Part shown: in pieces, positions 55,310 through 64,000 of the stretch
Numbering within the stretch: the stretch's first letter is position 1
Layout: each line of letters begins with the position of its first letter
NCBI GenBank assembly: GCA_016124895.1
Contig: WGMU01000100.1
Coordinates: 1 to 64,000, forward strand
Source of the DNA: a bacterium
GTDB taxonomy: Bacteria; Planctomycetota; Planctomycetia; Planctomycetales; Planctomycetaceae
Direction of reading: 5' to 3'
DNA length: 64,000 bases
Program-made: the position numbers and the translations under genes
The notes under the pieces: generated by a model
Database searches by the model: none
Told to the model about the DNA's origin: nothing
Seen by the model: the letters and a program-made list of their open reading frames with translations, nothing else

Positions 55310-57163
55310 CTAACGCTTCGAGAGGAACTCGCTGGAGTTGAGGAGACTCCACATCAGGTCTTCAAAGGCTTCGTTGCGGTTGCCGACTTCGGCAATGTAG
55401 TCCGCGACGATCTTTCGTTCTTTGTCGCTCGGTTCCCGCGAGAGCACCATCAGGTACAGCTCACTGGCCGCGTCGTCGTTGTCGGGGAATTTCCGCAGCA
55501 GAGCGGCCAGGCGGGTCAACCCGGTCGCACTGATCTGGGCGTTGATCTGCGGAGCATTCATCATGAACAAAGCCTGCGGCACCGTTCCGGTGATGTCGGC
55601 CTGCGGGGTCGACGGATCGAAGCCGAACAACTGACCGAATTGATCCCGTGGATTCCGGGCTCCTCGGTAAGGACCGCCGGCTCCGGCCATCATGCCGGGG
55701 CCTCGACCGCGAGGTTCGTCGTCACTGCCGCCCAGCGTCTTGAGGATCGAACTGTAAAGCTGATCGCCCCGCAGCCGCGTCGGCGTCGCCGAGGCAAACG
55801 GAACGGACTCCGCGTCCGCAGAATCCGGTCGCACTTCGCGCTGATAGGTCTGTGTGAACGCGATCGTCGAAACGAGCCACTTGATGTCGTAGTCGTGTTT
55901 GACAAACTCAGCCGCCAGCAGATCGAGCACCTTCGGGAACGACGCTGTCCGCTCGGGGCCGAGATCGTCGATCGGCATGTAGAACCCCTCGCCGGTCAGC
56001 TCGCCCCACATCCGGTTCACGAAGGCCCTACTGAACCATTCGTCCTGCGACGACGTGATGTAGTCAGCGATCAGCTCGCGGCGATCGAGATCGTCGAGGC
56101 CAGACTTCGCCGTCAGTCCGGTGACGAAGAACTTCGGTTCCATCTTCGTGCCGCGTGAGGCCGGATTACTGAGGTCGACCATGAAGTGCTCAGTCGAGCC
56201 GCGTCCGGCCTGATTCGGCATCGGGGCGGGGGCTTCCTTGATTTCTTTCACCGAGAGGCCGCCGTCTTTGTTCGCATCAGCCACCTGCAGCAGCCGGTCG
56301 AAGATGCGGGCGAACTGCTGGTTCTCCTGGATTTCGTCCTTCGTCAGCTTGCCGTCACGGTTGCGGTCAGAGAACCGCACCAGCCGATCTGCATTGTCCT
56401 TCAGAAACTGCTGTCGCTGCGCCGGATCAAAATCGCGGTTGACCGACGCGATCTCGAAGCTGCGCTGCATCCCGTCTTCCTGGACGGGCCGCACGGATAC
56501 GCGCGGGAAGAACGCCGCCAGCTCGTGAAACTGCTCGCGTTTCCAACTGTCCCACGGATGGTTGTGGCAGTTGGCACACTGCATCTGAATCCCGAGAAAC
56601 ACTCGCGACACTTCGCCGGCAATGTCTTCGGGGCTGCCTTCCTGCAGAAACAGCAGAGCGGTTTCGCCATTGAAGCGGACATCGCCGGTCGCTGTCAGCA
56701 GGTCGGTTGCGATCTCGTTCCACCCACGGTTTTCGGCCAGAACACCGGTCATCCACTCGGTAAACGAGCGATTGACGAGCTGACTGCGGGCGTTCGTCGC
56801 TCGGCTGAACAGGACGTCGCGCCAGTACCTCGCCCAGGTTTCCGCGTAGGCCTCCGAATTGATAAGACGGCCAACCAACTGCTCGCGTTTGTCGCCAGTC
56901 GGGTCGATCCCGAACAGCGTGACATCGCGCGGCGACGGCAGCGTGCCGGTAATGTCGAGTGTCGCACGCCGCAGAAAGTCTTCATCAGTGGCCAGCGGAG
57001 CCGGCTCGACTTTGTTCGCGGCCAGTTCCTTTGCGATGAGCTGGTCGACCTGCGAGGCGACGTCGCGAGCCGAATCGAAGTCACTCGCGTAAACCGCCGA
57101 AGGGCCAGCAAGTACGGTCAGCACTGCAGCGATCGAAGCAAAGCGGCAGACGATTCGACACAT
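55310..57163 (-). CDS. DUF1549/DUF1553 (PSCyt2/PSD1) protein carrying an internal pair of EF-hand-like Ca-binding loops. Start set at ATG 57161-57163.
   Basis: DEDFLRRATLDITGTLPSP (DUF1549) and QMQCANCHNHPWDSW (DUF1553). Insert with DRNRDGKLTKDEI and DANKDGGLSVKEI (the DxDxDG pattern). Confidence 0.75.
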   Translation of the reverse strand: MCRIVCRFASIAAVLTVLAGPSAVYASDFDSARDVASQVDQLIAKELAANKVEPAPLATDEDFLRRATLDITGTLPSPRDVTLFGIDPTGDKREQLVGRLINSEAYAETWARYWRDVLFSRATNARSQLVNRSFTEWMTGVLAENRGWNEIATDLLTATGDVRFNGETALLFLQEGSPEDIAGEVSRVFLGIQMQCANCHNHPWDSWKREQFHELAAFFPRVSVRPVQEDGMQRSFEIASVNRDFDPAQRQQFLKDNADRLVRFSDRNRDGKLTKDEIQENQQFARIFDRLLQVADANKDGGLSVKEIKEAPAPMPNQAGRGSTEHFMVDLSNPASRGTKMEPKFFVTGLTAKSGLDDLDRRELIADYITSSQDEWFSRAFVNRMWGELTGEGFYMPIDDLGPERTASFPKVLDLLAAEFVKHDYDIKWLVSTIAFTQTYQREVRPDSADAESVPFASATPTRLRGDQLYSSILKTLGGSDDEPRGRGPGMMAGAGGPYRGARNPRDQFGQLFGFDPSTPQADITGTVPQALFMMNAPQINAQISATGLTRLAALLRKFPDNDDAASELYLMVLSREPSDKERKIVADYIAEVGNRNEAFEDLMWSLLNSSEFLSKR

Positions 57164-57685
57164 GGCGGAATCTCGATTCGGGGATGAGGAATTAGTGTCT
57201 TCTGATACAGAACTGGAACATGTCCAGAACAAGTTCCAATTCTGCTGTTGCTCGCGAAGGGGACGTTGGGTAACTGACGCTGTGAAGTCTAACACTGCTC
57301 GGATCCGGCAGAGGATTGCCAAATCCACGCGGTCGTCTTCTTACCTCGCCGCATCCGCGTCTGCGGAAATTGAACCGCGCCTCGCGCACCCGGTTTCGGG
57401 CATTTCGCTCGAATGCCAGGAAATCAGCAACTCGGTCTCGACTCGATCGGCGTTGGAGTCGTTTTCGATCAACGACTGCCGTCACTGCACGGCATGGAAC
57501 TCCAGAAACGATTCCCGATCCCATCGCGATCAACACGTCCTCTAACACTGCATCCGTAAATGCGAGGACGCCGATTGCCGAATCTCCTGCGATTCCGGAT
57601 ACTTATCAGCGCTCGACGATCGGTCTGAATGTGAACGCTCGTCTGTCCCCGCCAGACCTATGCCTCCCCCTGCGAGCCGCGTTAC

Positions 57686-59422
57686 ATGAAATCTGCCTCC
57701 CGGATCATGCTGCCCGCGCTGGCGACGCTCCTGCTGTCAGTTGCGTTCTCGAATACGTCACTCGCAACGCGAAACCTCGCGCGAGCAGACGAAGCGTCAC
57801 GCCCGGCCGCGCCGCCGCTTCCCGAGCCCGCTCCGCGACCGCCATTGCATCCGCGAATCGACGCGCTCATCGAGGCCCGCCTGAATGGCGTGACCGTCGC
57901 GCCACAAAGCGACGATGCCGAGTTCCTCCGCCGCGTCTATCTTGATCTGGCCGGACGAATTCCGACGGCGATGGAAGCGCGTGAGTTTCTGGCCGACTCG
58001 ACCCCCGACAAACGCGAACGACTGGTCGATGGTCTGCTCTCCGGCCCCGAGTATCCGCGGCGGATGCGGGAACTGTTCCACGCGATGCTGCTCGAACGCC
58101 GCGGCGACAACGACGAGTGGACGGTCTTCCTGCGGAACGCGTTCGAGCAGAATCTGCCCTGGCACTTGATCGCCCGCGCGATTCTCAAGCCCGACGAGAA
58201 CGACGAGCAGCTTCGCGGCGCGGCGTTCTTCATGACGCAGCGGCTGGTCAGCGAAGGCGCAATGGCTCCGGTCGACGTGCCCGGCCTGACGCGCGACGTC
58301 GCCCGGCTGCTCGCCGGAATCGATCTCGAATGCGCCCAGTGCCACAACCACCTGACGATTTCGCACTACCTGCAGCGGGATTTTCAGGGGCTGCACATGA
58401 TCTTTGAGAATGTGAAGACGCGGAACGACCTGAAGTTCCCCGCGGTCTCTGAAGGCGTGCTCAGCGAGAAGAAAGAATTCAAATCGGTGTTTGAGCAGGT
58501 CGCGATGAAGACCGGACCGCTGATCCCCGGCGGTGAGGAAGTTTCGATCCCGACGTTCGAGAAGGGACAGGAATACCTCGTCGAGCCGGACCGGAAGGCG
58601 CGGATGCCCGGCGTGCCGAAGTTCAGCCCGCTGGAAGAACTCTCCGAACGGCTGGCTTCACCGCAGAACGACCTGTTCACACGCAACATTGTCAACCGGC
58701 TGTGGTGGGTGATGATGGGACGCGGTCTTGTCGAGCCGCTCGATCTGCACCACGCCGACAATCCGCCATCGCATCCGGAGCTGCTCGACCTGCTGGCGTC
58801 CGAATTCGCGGCCAGCAGCTTCAACATTCGCTGGCTGGTCCGCGAGCTGACGCTGTCGAAAACATACCAGCGCACGACGAGGCTGCTGTACACATCTGCT
58901 GCGGAACAGCCGCACGAGAGTTACGCGATCGGTCTCGAAAAACGGCTCTCTCCCGAGCAGCTTTTCTGGAGCTTGATCACCGCGACCGGCGACCTCGAAC
59001 GCCACCGTCAGCGGCTTGCGAAAGAGGGGAAAGCGTCGCTGAACAGTGAAGCCGTCGTCGAGCAGACGCCGGATCTCAAGTCACTCAAAAGGGCAATGAT
59101 CGACACGTTCGCCAATCCACCGAAAGAGCCGGAAGTCGACTTCGCTCCGTCCGTCAAAGGTGCGCTGTTTCTGATGCACGAGGACCAGATCCTCAGACTG
59201 CTGAAACCGCAGACCGGTAACCTCATCGAGCGAGCCACCAGTCAGAGCGATGACGACACCGTCCGTGAACTGTGCCTCTGCGTGCTCACACGCGAACCGG
59301 CTGACGATGAACTCGCCACTCTGACCGATTACCTGAAACAGAACGCCGACCGCCGCGACGAAGCCATCGCCAACCTGACCTGGGCTCTGCTGACGTCGAC
59401 AGAGTTCGTCGTCAATCACTGA
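57686..59422 (+). CDS. DUF1549/DUF1553 (PSCyt2/PSD1) secreted protein
   Basis: DAEFLRRVYLDLAGRIPT and LECAQCHNH motifs. 578 aa. Followed by a DUF1501 gene. Confidence 0.75.
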   Translation: MKSASRIMLPALATLLLSVAFSNTSLATRNLARADEASRPAAPPLPEPAPRPPLHPRIDALIEARLNGVTVAPQSDDAEFLRRVYLDLAGRIPTAMEAREFLADSTPDKRERLVDGLLSGPEYPRRMRELFHAMLLERRGDNDEWTVFLRNAFEQNLPWHLIARAILKPDENDEQLRGAAFFMTQRLVSEGAMAPVDVPGLTRDVARLLAGIDLECAQCHNHLTISHYLQRDFQGLHMIFENVKTRNDLKFPAVSEGVLSEKKEFKSVFEQVAMKTGPLIPGGEEVSIPTFEKGQEYLVEPDRKARMPGVPKFSPLEELSERLASPQNDLFTRNIVNRLWWVMMGRGLVEPLDLHHADNPPSHPELLDLLASEFAASSFNIRWLVRELTLSKTYQRTTRLLYTSAAEQPHESYAIGLEKRLSPEQLFWSLITATGDLERHRQRLAKEGKASLNSEAVVEQTPDLKSLKRAMIDTFANPPKEPEVDFAPSVKGALFLMHEDQILRLLKPQTGNLIERATSQSDDDTVRELCLCVLTREPADDELATLTDYLKQNADRRDEAIANLTWALLTSTEFVVNH

Positions 59423-59532
59423 AGACAACTCGTACCGACGCTCCGCGTCCACTCAAATCGATGCCGAGCGTCGGCACGGGATAAACGGCCGGTGGGAACC
59501 GGCCCAACTTTGAAACTCGCAAGGACCAAACC

Positions 59533-60825
59533 ATGCGACAATCAGTCTGTTCCGCGGCCGAGCACGGCATTTCGCGACGACGCGTACTTGGCACGCTGGC
59601 CGGCACCGGAGCCGGACTTGGACTCGGTGCTCTCGGCGGGCTTGTACAGCCAGCAGTCGGCGAAGAGCTGAAGCAGAAGGAGCGGCAGGTTGTGCTACTC
59701 TGGCTGGATGGAGGCATGAGTCAGCTTGAGAGCTGGGATCCAAAACCAAATACACGCTTCGGCGGTCCATTCCGCTCGATCGAGACTTTGATACCCGGCG
59801 TGCAGATCAGCGAACTGATGCCGAACACAGCAAAGCTGATGGACCGCCTGGCGATCGTGCGGACGATGAAAACTGAGGATCCGAATCACTCGTCCGGCGT
59901 CCCGAAGATTCTCCGCGGACACCCGAAGAATCGCGGCGTCGTGTATCCGTATTTCGGTTCGGCCGTCGCGAAGCTGATGGGGCCGACATCGAGCGGTCTA
60001 CCACCGTACCTGTGGGTCAAGCCCGGCAGCGGCGGGTTCATCTCGAAGTACGCAGGTTTTCTCGGAGCAAAGTACGGAGCCCTTGCACTGGGTGACGGTC
60101 AGCCGCCGGAAAACATGCTGCCGCCGGAAACACTTTCCGAACGCAACGCTCTGGAACGCCGCGATCTGCAGAAGCTGTTCAATCAGCGTTACGCGGCGAC
60201 GCACCGCCGCGAGTGGAACGAGGCCAACAGTTATGTCTACGACGTCGCTGATAAACTGATGCAGCACTCGAAGCTGTTCGACGAATCGCTGCTGCCAGAC
60301 AGGGACCATGAGCGATACGGCCGGCACGACTTCGGCCGGCACACGCTGCTCGCCCGCAACCTGGTCGAGGCCGGCGTGCGGTTCGTCCAGGTCACTTCGT
60401 ACGGCTGGGACAGTCACGGTGACAACTTCAACGCGCACGCCAGCCGTGTTCCGAAAGTTGACCAGGCGTTCTCAGCACTGGTCAGCGACCTCGACGACCG
60501 CGGAATGCTCGACAACGTCCTCGTCGTGATGATGGCCGAGTTCGGTCGGACGCCGCGTATCAACGGCTCGGTCGGACGCGATCACTGGCCGAACGCTTGG
60601 TCGCTGGCAATGGCTGGCTGCGGCATCAAGGCCGGACAGGTCGTCGGCAAAACGCTCGACGACGGCACGGACGTCGCCACCGAGCCGTACGATATCGGCC
60701 ACATGTTCCACACCTGGTATCAGGCACTGGGTGTCGATTCGCAGAAGACCGAGTTCATGAACGGCACGCAGCCGCTGCCGATCGCCCACGACGAAATGGA
60801 GCCGGTCGCCGAACTGCTGGCGTGA
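59533..60825 (+). CDS. DUF1501 protein with a TAT signal
   Basis: SRRRVLGTLAGTGAGLG, then VVLLWLDGGMSQLESWDPKP and GRDHWP motifs. Confidence 0.8.
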   Translation: MRQSVCSAAEHGISRRRVLGTLAGTGAGLGLGALGGLVQPAVGEELKQKERQVVLLWLDGGMSQLESWDPKPNTRFGGPFRSIETLIPGVQISELMPNTAKLMDRLAIVRTMKTEDPNHSSGVPKILRGHPKNRGVVYPYFGSAVAKLMGPTSSGLPPYLWVKPGSGGFISKYAGFLGAKYGALALGDGQPPENMLPPETLSERNALERRDLQKLFNQRYAATHRREWNEANSYVYDVADKLMQHSKLFDESLLPDRDHERYGRHDFGRHTLLARNLVEAGVRFVQVTSYGWDSHGDNFNAHASRVPKVDQAFSALVSDLDDRGMLDNVLVVMMAEFGRTPRINGSVGRDHWPNAWSLAMAGCGIKAGQVVGKTLDDGTDVATEPYDIGHMFHTWYQALGVDSQKTEFMNGTQPLPIAHDEMEPVAELLA

Positions 60826-61031
60826 GTCCTCTTGAAAGCAGGAACTGCCGAATGTCAGCCGGTCATTGCAGCGCAAAGGCTCGAAGACGCAAAGGTTCGC
60901 CGAAGCGTCAGCGTCGAACAGGATTTGTCTTCTCTCACTTTACGCGACTTCGCGTCTCAGCGCCTTTGCGCTGAGGTCTGCCTGAATCTGCCTTGACGGC
61001 AATATCCATCACCATTGAGTGAGACAGAAAA

Positions 61032-62132
61032 ATGACGGTCGCTACTCCTGACACTGACCAAGCCGCTGTTGAGCCGCGGGAAATTCAGAAGATCGAACCG
61101 ACACAGCAGGTCTGCCGCATCCGCTTCAGCCCGGATGGCAAACTACTGGTCGGTGGCGGGTACGACGCGAAGATTCATCGCTGGGATTTGAGCGGCGAGG
61201 AACCCGTCGAACTGCCAACGATCACCGGCCATCGCGGCTGGGTGCAGTGCGTCGAATTCGGTCCGCAGGACGGCCCGCTGTTTTCCGCTGACTCGTGGGG
61301 ACAGCTTGCGGCCCGCCGGGTCGAGGGACAGGGAAATGGGAATCCGATGGTCGAACTTCTGTGGAGTAACGAGGCCGCTCACGACGGCTGGATCCACGAT
61401 GTCTCAATCAGTGCTGATGGGACGCGGATTGCGACGGTCGGGCGGGACCGATTCGCCCGGGTCTGGTCAGCGGGCGATGGCTCGCGGCTGTTTGAACTGC
61501 CGCAGCAGGAGCACGATCTGAGCCGCGTCGCTCTGCACCCGGACGGCAAGTCGCTCGTCACTGGCAATCTGTTCGGCACGCTGCGGCACTGGGAGCTGGC
61601 GACCGGCAAACTGATCCGCGAACTGACGCTCGAAAAGCTGCACTTTTACGACCGCATTCAGGACGTGCCGGGCATCTTCGTGCTGGAGTTCGACAAGTCC
61701 GGCGAAACACTGTACTGTGGTGGAGGCGAGCCGGCCCGCATCCAGAATCACCAGGGCATCCCGACGCTGCATCAGATTGCCTGGCCGTCGTTCGAGGTCA
61801 CTAAGACGCAGCACTTCGGGGAGGAAAAGGACGGCTTCGTCTTCGACTTCGCGCGGCATCCTGACGGCTACTTCCTGCTGGTGACGAGCGGAAATCCAGG
61901 CGCAGGCCAGTTTCTGCTCGCTCAACCGGACGCCGACGAGGCATTCTTCAAATACCCCAAACTCTCCAATTGCCACAGCGTCTCGCTGCATCCGGACGGG
62001 ACGAAAGCGATCGTGTCGGCGACAAACCGAAACAGCCAGGGGAACGGCGCAGTCCGGGGCAAAGACGGCGGCTACGTCGGTAACTCATCGCCTCTTCACA
62101 TCTTCGATCTGGCGGCCAAAGCCAAAGCGTAG
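61032..62132 (+). CDS. WD40 / beta-propeller repeat protein
   Basis: Repeated ..FSPDGKLLVGGGYDAKIHRWDL.., ISADGTRIATVGRDRFARVW, LHPDGKSLVTGN..LRHWEL blades. Confidence 0.6.
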   Translation: MTVATPDTDQAAVEPREIQKIEPTQQVCRIRFSPDGKLLVGGGYDAKIHRWDLSGEEPVELPTITGHRGWVQCVEFGPQDGPLFSADSWGQLAARRVEGQGNGNPMVELLWSNEAAHDGWIHDVSISADGTRIATVGRDRFARVWSAGDGSRLFELPQQEHDLSRVALHPDGKSLVTGNLFGTLRHWELATGKLIRELTLEKLHFYDRIQDVPGIFVLEFDKSGETLYCGGGEPARIQNHQGIPTLHQIAWPSFEVTKTQHFGEEKDGFVFDFARHPDGYFLLVTSGNPGAGQFLLAQPDADEAFFKYPKLSNCHSVSLHPDGTKAIVSATNRNSQGNGAVRGKDGGYVGNSSPLHIFDLAAKAKA

Positions 62133-62796
62133 GTACGAGGTCGGTCCGGGTTACCCGTTGCAGAACGCAGAACAACGATCGGTGCGGCTTCAAAGTGGCT
62201 CCGGACCCGAGGCGAAGGAAAACTCGCATCTTCTAAAGGGCTGACGCGACGGAATCGCGTCCGACGTTGAAAGAATTTCCTTCCTGTCGACTGGCCAGCC
62301 ATCTGCTGTCACAGGTCGAACTCTCCCGCCGGGAAGCAGTTTTCGGTCGAATCTCTGCAGAAACTGCAAAGCAGCGTTCGCGTGGCGGCATCGCCATTGA
62401 CCCTCTAAGTCGCTTTCTGCACCCTGCGAATTCGCTGGCTTGAGGGATTCTGAAAAAAGCGGTGAGTTAATCTGTAGCGGTTACGTCGAGCGTGCCGATA
62501 ACTCCACGTGAGCTGGTTAAGCAGCTCGAAACAGCGTTCGGTTCGGCACCGGAAAATGCCGAATCAAACCAAACGGCACGATCGTGATGATCGTTCCAGG
62601 GCGAACCAGACCGGGAAGGAGACCAGCCGGTCTTGCCAGTTGACAGCTCGGGCAATCGTCTGGGTCAACCCGCCAGGCGGCGGTCGTCAACTGGAGCAGA
62701 GGCGATGTGGCCTCTCTGGGACAGAAGTTGCCGGCAACGTCATCCCTGGCGACTGAATCACTGAAGGATCAGGCTCAAGGAACAGGTACGGAAACC

Positions 62797-63471
62797 ATGA
62801 AGCTGTATCGCAACTTCAAGACTGGACTCGCTGCTCTCGCCGTTGCTGGCACGCTGCTGCCGGTGGAAGCTCTGGAAGCGGCGCAGCCCGAAGCTCCCAG
62901 CCAGACGCAGGCGGCCAAAGTCGCCAGCCTGATTCGGGACGTCAAGCTGTCCGAAGGCGGTCTGTTTCGCGGTCAGGTGACCGATGCGAAGCAGGAAGCG
63001 GTCGGCAACGCGGTCGTCTCTGTTCGTCAGGCACGCAAGGAAATCGTCCGCACCAAAACAGATGCCAACGGCGTCTTTGAAGTGACCAGTCTGAAGCCCG
63101 GCGTTTACTACGTCGTCGCGGGAACGAGCCACGGCGTCTATCGCGTCTGGTCGAACCGGACAGCTCCGCCGAAATCGATGGACTCGGTCAAAATGGTCTC
63201 GGACATGTCGATTGTCCGTGCTCAAGGCCAGGTTCTGTATGACGAAAACGGCCAGGCATACGGCCAGGTCCGTATTGTTGATAACGGAGGACTGGTCCCC
63301 GTCGGTCCGGGAGCCGGCTTCGGCCCTGGTGGCAGCTTCATCGACAGCATTGGACTGTGGGACGTCCTGATGGTTGGCGGCGTGATCGGCGGTCTGACGA
63401 CAGGTATCATCGCTCTGGACAAAGCCCACGATAACGAAAAGCGACTCGACGCTCTCAGCAACAGCAACTGA
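62797..63471 (+). CDS. Secreted protein with a carboxypeptidase-regulatory-like (CarbopepD_reg/Cna-B-like) beta-sandwich domain and a Gly-rich C-terminal TM segment. Start set at ATG 62797.
   Basis: Signal peptide. GQVTDAKQEAVGNAVVSVRQ...TDANGVFEVTSLKPGVYYV is typical of the CarbopepD_reg_2 domain. Confidence 0.5.
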   Translation: MKLYRNFKTGLAALAVAGTLLPVEALEAAQPEAPSQTQAAKVASLIRDVKLSEGGLFRGQVTDAKQEAVGNAVVSVRQARKEIVRTKTDANGVFEVTSLKPGVYYVVAGTSHGVYRVWSNRTAPPKSMDSVKMVSDMSIVRAQGQVLYDENGQAYGQVRIVDNGGLVPVGPGAGFGPGGSFIDSIGLWDVLMVGGVIGGLTTGIIALDKAHDNEKRLDALSNSN

Positions 63472-63557
63472 TCGAACCTGATGCTTCAGACTCAAAGCCG
63501 CCGACGGGGCACGCGGCGGAGCAAAAGCGGTCTGATCAGCATCTGAAAAACTCCTTT

Positions 63558-63603
63558 CCGGCGACCGCGGTTGATCATCTGATCGGCCGCGGTTGTTTTT
63601 TTG
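63558..63603 (+). terminator. Rho-independent terminator-like hairpin (ACCGCGG..CCGCGGT) followed by TTGTTTTTTT
   Basis: Direct reading, ~90 bp downstream of the 62797-63471 gene. Confidence 0.55.
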
Positions 63604-64000
63604 CGTACCGAATGCTGAGCATGTCTGTAGTTCTCCCGCCGCGACCACAATTCTGCCTGACCCGGCTGTCATTCTTTCCGGCCGGGAGGAGCGTTCGTCG
63701 CTCGGTCAGCACCGCTCAAATCTCCAGAAAAAATCTTCAAGGCCGCACAGTCTGCCTGCCGATCCTGAATACACATTTGATGGCGTTCTTCGACGCAACT
63801 GAAGCTGTGCGGTTCGGCAGCAGTCACGGATGGCGAAGAACGCGACAATGCCAGCAGGAAAGGATTCGTGATGCAGCCTCGGCTTCGACTCTTCACCGGC
63901 GACAGCTCCGCAGAATCGACAATTCAGCCCAAAGTCGCCGTTCGGCTGCACGACATTCTGGAACCGCTGCGAGCGGCCCTGCTTGCCGACAGCACGTTTC

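Noticed and set aside
63870-64000. Possible start of a gene at the window end (MQPRLRLFTGDSSAES...)
   Set aside because: Only ~43 codons are visible and there are no motifs. Not enough to call.

Overview
High-GC (~62-65%) chromosomal segment that looks planctomycete: repeated DUF1501 / DUF1549-DUF1553 (PSCyt/PSD) gene pairs, TIGR03067-like and DUF1583-like secreted proteins, a BatA-type protein, and a RAYT with REPs. The window divides into two parts. (1) A long minus-strand block, ~0.1-12.9 kb: an NrtABCD-type ABC transporter operon (substrate-binding lipoprotein, permease with a long coiled-coil insertion, two ATPases), a tandem-GAF protein, then upstream a single-domain globin, a short lineage-II chlorite-dismutase-like haem protein, a monohaem lipoprotein cytochrome c, a ~10-haem cytochrome c, and an FAD/NAD(P) oxidoreductase fused to a BFD-type 2Fe-2S domain and a His-containing membrane domain. 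I read this as a candidate, apparently undescribed, N-/Cl-oxyanion (nitrate/nitrite/NO/chlorite) uptake-and-detoxification module. Two families of short inverted-repeat (MITE/REP-like) elements are embedded in it; one copy sits in frame inside the multihaem cytochrome gene. (2) Ordinary, mostly housekeeping or secreted-enzyme genes: large secreted beta-propeller protein, BatA-like protein, RAYT transposase flanked by REPs, kinase-like / AhpD-like / formamidase / lactonase block, M19 dipeptidase, PQQ-type dehydrogenase with C-terminal CXXCH pair, a lower-GC islet with two hypothetical genes, flotillin, two TAT-exported Gfo/Idh/MocA oxidoreductases, an RDD-SpoIIM-DUF4129-DUF4350-MoxR-DUF58 cluster, esterase-SGL fusion, PlsC, orphan FliN-like and FlgM, Fur, an atypical kinase-PP2C fusion, AroD/AroE fusion, WD40 protein. 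No rRNA, tRNA or CRISPR array was recognised. All family calls rest on motif recognition by eye; no database search was possible.
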